Of a stretch of DNA of 38,099 bases, positions 33,645 to 38,099 are shown one piece after another. A program made the position numbers and the translations under genes. Each line of letters starts with the position of its first letter. The first letter of the stretch is position 1. The notes below the pieces were generated by a model, which saw only the letters and a list, made by a program, of their open reading frames with translations, was not told the DNA's origin and did not search any database. This DNA comes from Gemmatimonadales bacterium (GTDB lineage Bacteria > Gemmatimonadota > Gemmatimonadetes > Gemmatimonadales > GWC2-71-9), in assembly GCA_041577295.1 (NCBI GenBank), contig JBFGJG010000043.1, positions 1 to 38,099 on the forward strand, read 5' to 3'.

Positions 33645-34853
33645 GTGACGATTGGGCAGGATCGCATCGGCTTCATTCTCAAGATGGCACGGGCGATGCA
33701 CGGGTATGGGTATGCAGCTCATCGGCTCGAAGAGGTTTTGTCGGCCACCGCCCATCGCCTCGGCGTCGAAGCTCAGTTCTTCTCGACTCCCACGTCGATT
33801 TTTGCGGCGTTCGGCCCCCAAGATGACCAGCGGACGTTTCTTTTGCGGGTAGAGCCCGGACAGACCGACCTTGGCCGCCTCGCCCTCGCGGACAAGGTGA
33901 CTCTCCAGGTGATACGCGGCGAGCTGACTGCCGCGCAGGGATCACTCGAGCTCGACAAGGTCGCGTCTTCCAAACCGGTTTATGGTCCGGCCCTCACCAC
34001 GTTTGCGTTTGGCGTGGCCTCGGCCGCCGCGGCTCGGTTCCTCGGAGGTGGTGTCCTCGAGATACTCGTCGCCGGTGCGGTTGGGATCCTGACCGGAGTC
34101 CTGGCGCTTGCGGCCGGCCGGTGGACCACGCTGGGAAGAATCTTCGAGCCCGCCGCCGCGTTCGCAGCCGCCGCCGTCGCCACGAGCTTTGCCATTCTGG
34201 TTGCTCCAATCTCGGTGTTCATTACGGTGCTAGCGGGCCTCATCGTCCTCATCCCGGGCCTCACGCTCACGGTAGCCATGACCGAGCTCGCCACGAAGCA
34301 CCTCGCTTCGGGCACGGCACGTCTCAGTTCTGCGCTGCTCCTGTTCGTGACGATCCTATTTGGCGTGGCACTTGGTGCCAGCCTCGTCGAGCTCGCGTTC
34401 GGTGCGCCACCCAGCGTGAGTACTGGCGGACTGCCACTATGGACGGAGTTCGTGGCGTTGTTCGTGGCACCGCTCGGGTTCGTCGTCCTGCTTCGGGCTG
34501 AACCCGGCGACACGGGGTGGATTGTGGCGGTAGGTGGTCTGGCGTACGGTGGGGCCCGATTGGGAGCGGAGCTCTTTGGTCCCGAGTTGGGTGCCTTCTT
34601 CGGCGCCTTGGCCGTCGGCGTCGTGAGCAACGGGTACGCGTTGCTGCGGGATCGGCCCGCCCAAATTCTGCTCGTGCCCGGCGTGCTGCTCCTCGTCCCG
34701 GGGAGTGTGGGGTTTCGCAGTGTCACTGCCATGTTAGAGCGGGAAGTCGTGTCCGGAGTCGAGACGGCTTTCACCATGGTGTTCATCGCCACCGCGCTCG
34801 TTGCGGGTCTCCTCGTGGCGAACGTCGTCGTCCCGCGCCGAAAGAGTGAATAG
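33645..34853 (+). CDS. Threonine/serine exporter family protein (ThrE, fused two-domain form)
   Basis: YGYAAHRLE, STPTSI, LIVLIPGLTLTVAMTELA…SG, PGVLLLVPGS and about 10 TM segments. Confidence 0.88.
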   Translation: MTIGQDRIGFILKMARAMHGYGYAAHRLEEVLSATAHRLGVEAQFFSTPTSIFAAFGPQDDQRTFLLRVEPGQTDLGRLALADKVTLQVIRGELTAAQGSLELDKVASSKPVYGPALTTFAFGVASAAAARFLGGGVLEILVAGAVGILTGVLALAAGRWTTLGRIFEPAAAFAAAAVATSFAILVAPISVFITVLAGLIVLIPGLTLTVAMTELATKHLASGTARLSSALLLFVTILFGVALGASLVELAFGAPPSVSTGGLPLWTEFVALFVAPLGFVVLLRAEPGDTGWIVAVGGLAYGGARLGAELFGPELGAFFGALAVGVVSNGYALLRDRPAQILLVPGVLLLVPGSVGFRSVTAMLEREVVSGVETAFTMVFIATALVAGLLVANVVVPRRKSE

Positions 34854-34872
34854 AGCGAGAAAGACAGTAAGT

Positions 34873-34889
34873 AGTGAGGACGCCTCACT
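34873..34889. terminator. Short hairpin between convergent genes
   Basis: agtgagg-acg-cctcact. Confidence 0.3.
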
Positions 34890-34934
34890 CCTTGCCCCAT
34901 ACACCTCGCCGGCGGGGACGGGTGGGGCTGGGTC

Positions 34935-35330
34935 CTACGCTCCTCGGTGCAGAAGGTTGAGTGAGGGCAGGTGGGCAACCACCGATGCGGCGGCTGGGAC
35001 CAAGAGGGGGATCACACCGAGCATCGACAGGCGGTGCCAAGAGCGTTGCCCTACCGGATCTGGGGGCTCGTGCCATCCGCAAATGAGGTCTGCACGCTCC
35101 AGCGCTCCGAGGACCTCCAGTACGAGTGTCTCGTCCGCGCTTTCGGGGCCCAGCTTTCGTGCCACGCGCTTTGTCAACTCGGTGACGCTCGTCTTCCCAT
35201 CGCAGTACTGCCAGACTAGCGCAGCGCCCTTGCCAAGCCGATACGCGCGATCTTGACTCTCAATAAAGACCGCGAGCTCGTCACCGAGGATTTCGATGCT
35301 GACATCGTCACGGCGGGCGCGAGGGAACAT
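34935..35330 (-). CDS. PqqD-family / RiPP recognition element (RRE) protein with hydrophobic C-terminal tail
   Basis: GGAGG Shine-Dalgarno before ATG 35330. P.AR.DD…GDELAVF…AYRLG..AALVWQYCDG..SV.EL…L..L..ADL is the PqqD pattern. Confidence 0.75.
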   Translation of the reverse strand: MFPRARRDDVSIEILGDELAVFIESQDRAYRLGKGAALVWQYCDGKTSVTELTKRVARKLGPESADETLVLEVLGALERADLICGWHEPPDPVGQRSWHRLSMLGVIPLLVPAAASVVAHLPSLNLLHRGA

Positions 35331-35391
35331 CCGTGCCTCCTGAAAAGGCCTGGCCGCTTGCATGACGATCTCGAGAATCCGCCGATCATGC

Positions 35392-35407
35392 TGTGACAAA
35401 TGTCACC
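35392..35407. promoter_or_regulatory. CRP/FNR-family-like box
   Basis: TGTGA-caaatg-TCACC, containing the palindrome GTGACA-aa-TGTCAC, in a divergent intergenic region. Confidence 0.5.
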
Positions 35408-35512
35408 GAACGTGTCCGCCTCGCGCGCCTCGGCAAAACCGTTGGGGTTGACTACGTTTCGTTCGAGCCTATAACGGCATTCCGGGCACTCCCGAATACA
35501 AGGGCGGACGAT

Positions 35513-35869
35513 TTGGGACAAAAACTCAGCGCGAACGCCATTCAAAAAATCGCCACGCTCAAAGAAGCAAAGCGAAAGTGGGACCGGGTACACTCTCTGG
35601 TCGAACAGGCCGCCACGCAAGCAGAGTCGCGCGAGGTTTTCCTCCGGCAGTGCCGCCGCGCGGCCGAGGATGTCAGCCGGGTATTGGAGCAGGCAGGGTT
35701 TCGCTCGTTGGCCGATACGGCGGATCAGCTCCCGTCGGTCATCAAGCGCCCAGGCAGCATCAATGCGCGGCTGGGTGGAATGCGCGAGGTCGTCGGCGCG
35801 TTGTACACGGCGATTGATCGCACGGAGAGTCGCATCGTGCGAGACGAACGAGACCGTGCAGCCGATTAG
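35513..35869 (+). CDS. Hypothetical all-helical protein
   Basis: Amphipathic helical ORF (LSANAIQKIATL…DRVHSLVEQ…LGGMREVV). Probable TTG start at 35513; the track start is 35393. Confidence 0.6.
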   Translation: MGQKLSANAIQKIATLKEAKRKWDRVHSLVEQAATQAESREVFLRQCRRAAEDVSRVLEQAGFRSLADTADQLPSVIKRPGSINARLGGMREVVGALYTAIDRTESRIVRDERDRAAD

Positions 35870-36776
35870 GCGGTGGACGCCCTTCGTGTGGACTGCGCTT
35901 CTCGCAACGGCCGCGGCCTGTGGTAGCTCTACTGGTCCCAACAACGACAATGGACCGGAGCCCGGTGTATTCGATATCGAGGTTCGCTATGTGACTGCAC
36001 CGACCACCTCCCAGCGTCAAGCCTTCGAAGAAGCCGTTACGCGGTGGCGATCTGTGGTGACGGGCGATCTCTCCGCCGTGTCGCTCGACATCGGATCGGG
36101 GGAGTGTGGGAGCAACGCACCCGCCTTCAACGAGACGATCGACGATCTGATCGTCCTCGTGACGATCGGCCGGATCGACGGAACGGGCGGGACGTTGGGC
36201 AACTCTGCTCCGTGCTTCGTGCGAACAGCATCCAACCTGCCCGTGCTGGCCCGCCTGGTGCTGGATACGGCTGACGTGGACAACTTGCAGGCCAGCGGTC
36301 TTCTCACGGCCGTCGTGATTCACGAAATCGGCCATGCGCTCGGGATCGGCACGCTATGGGAATCAACGGGTTTCTTGCAAGATCCGGCACTCGAAGGAGG
36401 ATCCGATCCGCACTTCAACGGGGGGGCGGCCATCAACGCGTTCGACGATGCAGGAGGGGTGGGGTACCCGGGTGCGAAGGTGCCCGTGCACGCCAGCGGC
36501 GGTCCTGGTGTGGCGGACGTTCATTGGCGCGAATCGGTACTCGTTAACGAGCTCATGACTCCCACGGTCAGTGGAACGGCCAATCCACTCAGCATTATTA
36601 CCGTTGCGTCGCTGGGCGACATGGGATATACGGTCAACCCGGCGTCAGCCGATCCCTTTACGGTGAGTGCCACCGCCGCGGGCTCGGGTGCGGTGTGGTT
36701 AGGCAATGACGTGGTCATCGGGCCGATTTACACAATAGATAGAAAAGGAAGAGTGACTGGTGTTCTCGATCGTTAG
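35856..36776 (+). CDS. Leishmanolysin-like (M8-type) zinc metallopeptidase lipoprotein
   Basis: Lipobox AAAC, IDGTGGTLG, HEIGHALG, HWRES…NELMT (third His and Met-turn) and SLGDMGY. GTG start at 35856. Confidence 0.85.
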   Translation: MQPIRRWTPFVWTALLATAAACGSSTGPNNDNGPEPGVFDIEVRYVTAPTTSQRQAFEEAVTRWRSVVTGDLSAVSLDIGSGECGSNAPAFNETIDDLIVLVTIGRIDGTGGTLGNSAPCFVRTASNLPVLARLVLDTADVDNLQASGLLTAVVIHEIGHALGIGTLWESTGFLQDPALEGGSDPHFNGGAAINAFDDAGGVGYPGAKVPVHASGGPGVADVHWRESVLVNELMTPTVSGTANPLSIITVASLGDMGYTVNPASADPFTVSATAAGSGAVWLGNDVVIGPIYTIDRKGRVTGVLDR

Positions 36777-37368
36777 TGGATTTGGTCGTGGTGTGGTATG
36801 GGTCGTGAGCGTCACGGTCTTGGCATGCGGAGGATACCGTGCAAGCTCGCTGGAAGAGGTTTGTCCGCCACCAGGTGATCGCCAGTTGCCCGCCGGGGCC
36901 CGCGCCGACGCCCTTGTGGGGACCTACGAGTTGACCCTCGTTGCCAGCGATGGTCGCGCAACCACTGGGCTGCTACGCCTCAATCTCACCGACGATGCAC
37001 ACCGAGTGGTGCCGACACCGAGCGGAAGTCCCACACCGAACGCGGTCATGTCGCTGTACGGCATCACGAACATCGCTTTGGAAGAGGTGGGCGCGATTCG
37101 GATGGGTGATACGGAACTCGCCGATCCCGCCATGCCCGGCGTCGCCGTCCTCGAGCGTCACGTGCTCACGAATGGCGATACCACTTCAACAGAGATCACG
37201 CTGCGGCTCGGCTCGGAGGCCAACCGGCGCGACGTTACCCGCTTCGATTCCGGCTTTACCGCTCTGTATGTCGCGGCGATCGATGCCACCCGCGTAGGGG
37301 GCACCTGGGCGAGCGGGGTCTCCGGGATCCAGGTGCGCGGACACTTTTGCGCGGAGCGGAGTGACTGA
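36760..37368 (+). CDS. Hypothetical lipoprotein, beta-rich
   Basis: Lipobox VLAC, LVGTYELTLVA and C-terminal GTW…GHFCA. Overlaps the peptidase stop. Confidence 0.65.
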   Translation: MFSIVSGFGRGVVWVVSVTVLACGGYRASSLEEVCPPPGDRQLPAGARADALVGTYELTLVASDGRATTGLLRLNLTDDAHRVVPTPSGSPTPNAVMSLYGITNIALEEVGAIRMGDTELADPAMPGVAVLERHVLTNGDTTSTEITLRLGSEANRRDVTRFDSGFTALYVAAIDATRVGGTWASGVSGIQVRGHFCAERSD

Positions 37369-37417
37369 CGATCCGCGCAAAAGTCCGCTGACCGCTCCCA
37401 ATTGGAACCGAGTGTTG

Positions 37418-38099
37418 CTACGCCGTGGCGCCAAGCGCCGTGTAGGTGCCCTCGAAGAGCGCTTCCTTGGCTGTAGGAACCACCAGCACTGAAGCCGGCA
37501 GAGTATTTGCCAACTGCGCGGCCGTGCTGCCCAAGAGCAGTCGATCCACCCACCCCCGGCCGTGTGACCCTACGACGATGACATCGGCGTTCCAGTCGGC
37601 CGCCTCCTCACCGATTTCTGCCCCGGCTCGCCCCCGCCGCAGAGTGTAGTCGACGTCGCCCGCAACTCGTCGCACGCGCTCCTCGAAGGCCATTTTCGAG
37701 TACTTGGCAAGGTTCTCGACATCCAAGTTCAAAGGCAAACCGGCCGGCATGACTTCGGGCTCCACGACGTGCAAGATCTTAACCGTACCGCCTAACTGCT
37801 CGGCCAACGCCAGCCCGTACGCGATCGTCGGCTCTGCTGCATCGGAGAGATCGGCCGCTACGAGGAAGCGATTCGGCAGCTCATCCAAGGGCGTTGCCAA
37901 AAGCACCGGCACGTCGAGTGTTCGGAGGAGATAGGGCACGACGCTCCCGGCAAGTGCACGAATCATTTTCGCACGCCGCTTCGCACCTACAACGACGAGA
38001 TCGGCTTCACGTCGTCGGGCCGCTTCCGCAAGGATCTTTGGTGCCCGGCCGACCTCGACTTCCAGTCGCTCTAACACGTCATTGGGCACGGCCTTCCGC
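37418..38099 (-). CDS. Universal stress protein with tandem USP domains (5' end outside the window)
   Basis: ADLVVVG…GSV…PVL, then LVAADLS…LHV…ADVIVVGSHGRG…LLGSTA…VLVVP. Confidence 0.9.
   Translation of the reverse strand, partial: RKAVPNDVLERLEVEVGRAPKILAEAARRREADLVVVGAKRRAKMIRALAGSVVPYLLRTLDVPVLLATPLDELPNRFLVAADLSDAAEPTIAYGLALAEQLGGTVKILHVVEPEVMPAGLPLNLDVENLAKYSKMAFEERVRRVAGDVDYTLRRGRAGAEIGEEAADWNADVIVVGSHGRGWVDRLLLGSTAAQLANTLPASVLVVPTAKEALFEGTYTALGATA

Noticed and set aside
21141..35330. RiPP cluster linking the B12-radical SAM enzyme with the PqqD/RRE gene
   Set aside because: They are about 12 kb apart with unrelated genes between them, no precursor peptide is evident, and the radical SAM gene is coupled to a glycosyltransferase.

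Overview
GC-rich, gene-dense bacterial window. The gene content suggests a Gemmatimonadota-like diderm; this is an inference, as no marker gene is present. I found no rRNA, tRNA, CRISPR array or transposase. Left half: two tandem secreted beta-propeller/amidohydrolase paralogues, a 21-bp-period repeat tract, yajQ, a ring-cleaving dioxygenase, a thioredoxin-like protein, a QseE/QseG-like kinase plus lipoprotein pair, an AlkA-type glycosylase, a Kef antiporter fused to a UBP zinc finger, a triple-Rid protein, a TonB-dependent receptor and a PhoX-like phosphatase. The main candidate novel system is a seven-gene operon at 21141-30626 in which every junction is a 4-nt overlap. It encodes a B12-binding radical SAM enzyme, a processive-type GT2 synthase, a SAM methyltransferase, a beta-helix protein, a TM-PAS protein, an outer-membrane barrel and a degenerate-GGDEF/intact-EAL protein. 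It looks like a c-di-GMP-controlled, synthase-dependent pathway for a methylated or radical-modified exopolysaccharide, and it is preceded by sigma54-like and CRP-like boxes. Right end: bicupin lipoprotein, DinB, MDR oxidoreductase, ThrE, an orphan PqqD/RRE protein, a leishmanolysin-like lipoprotein and a USP. All calls come from reading motifs by eye; no searches were run.
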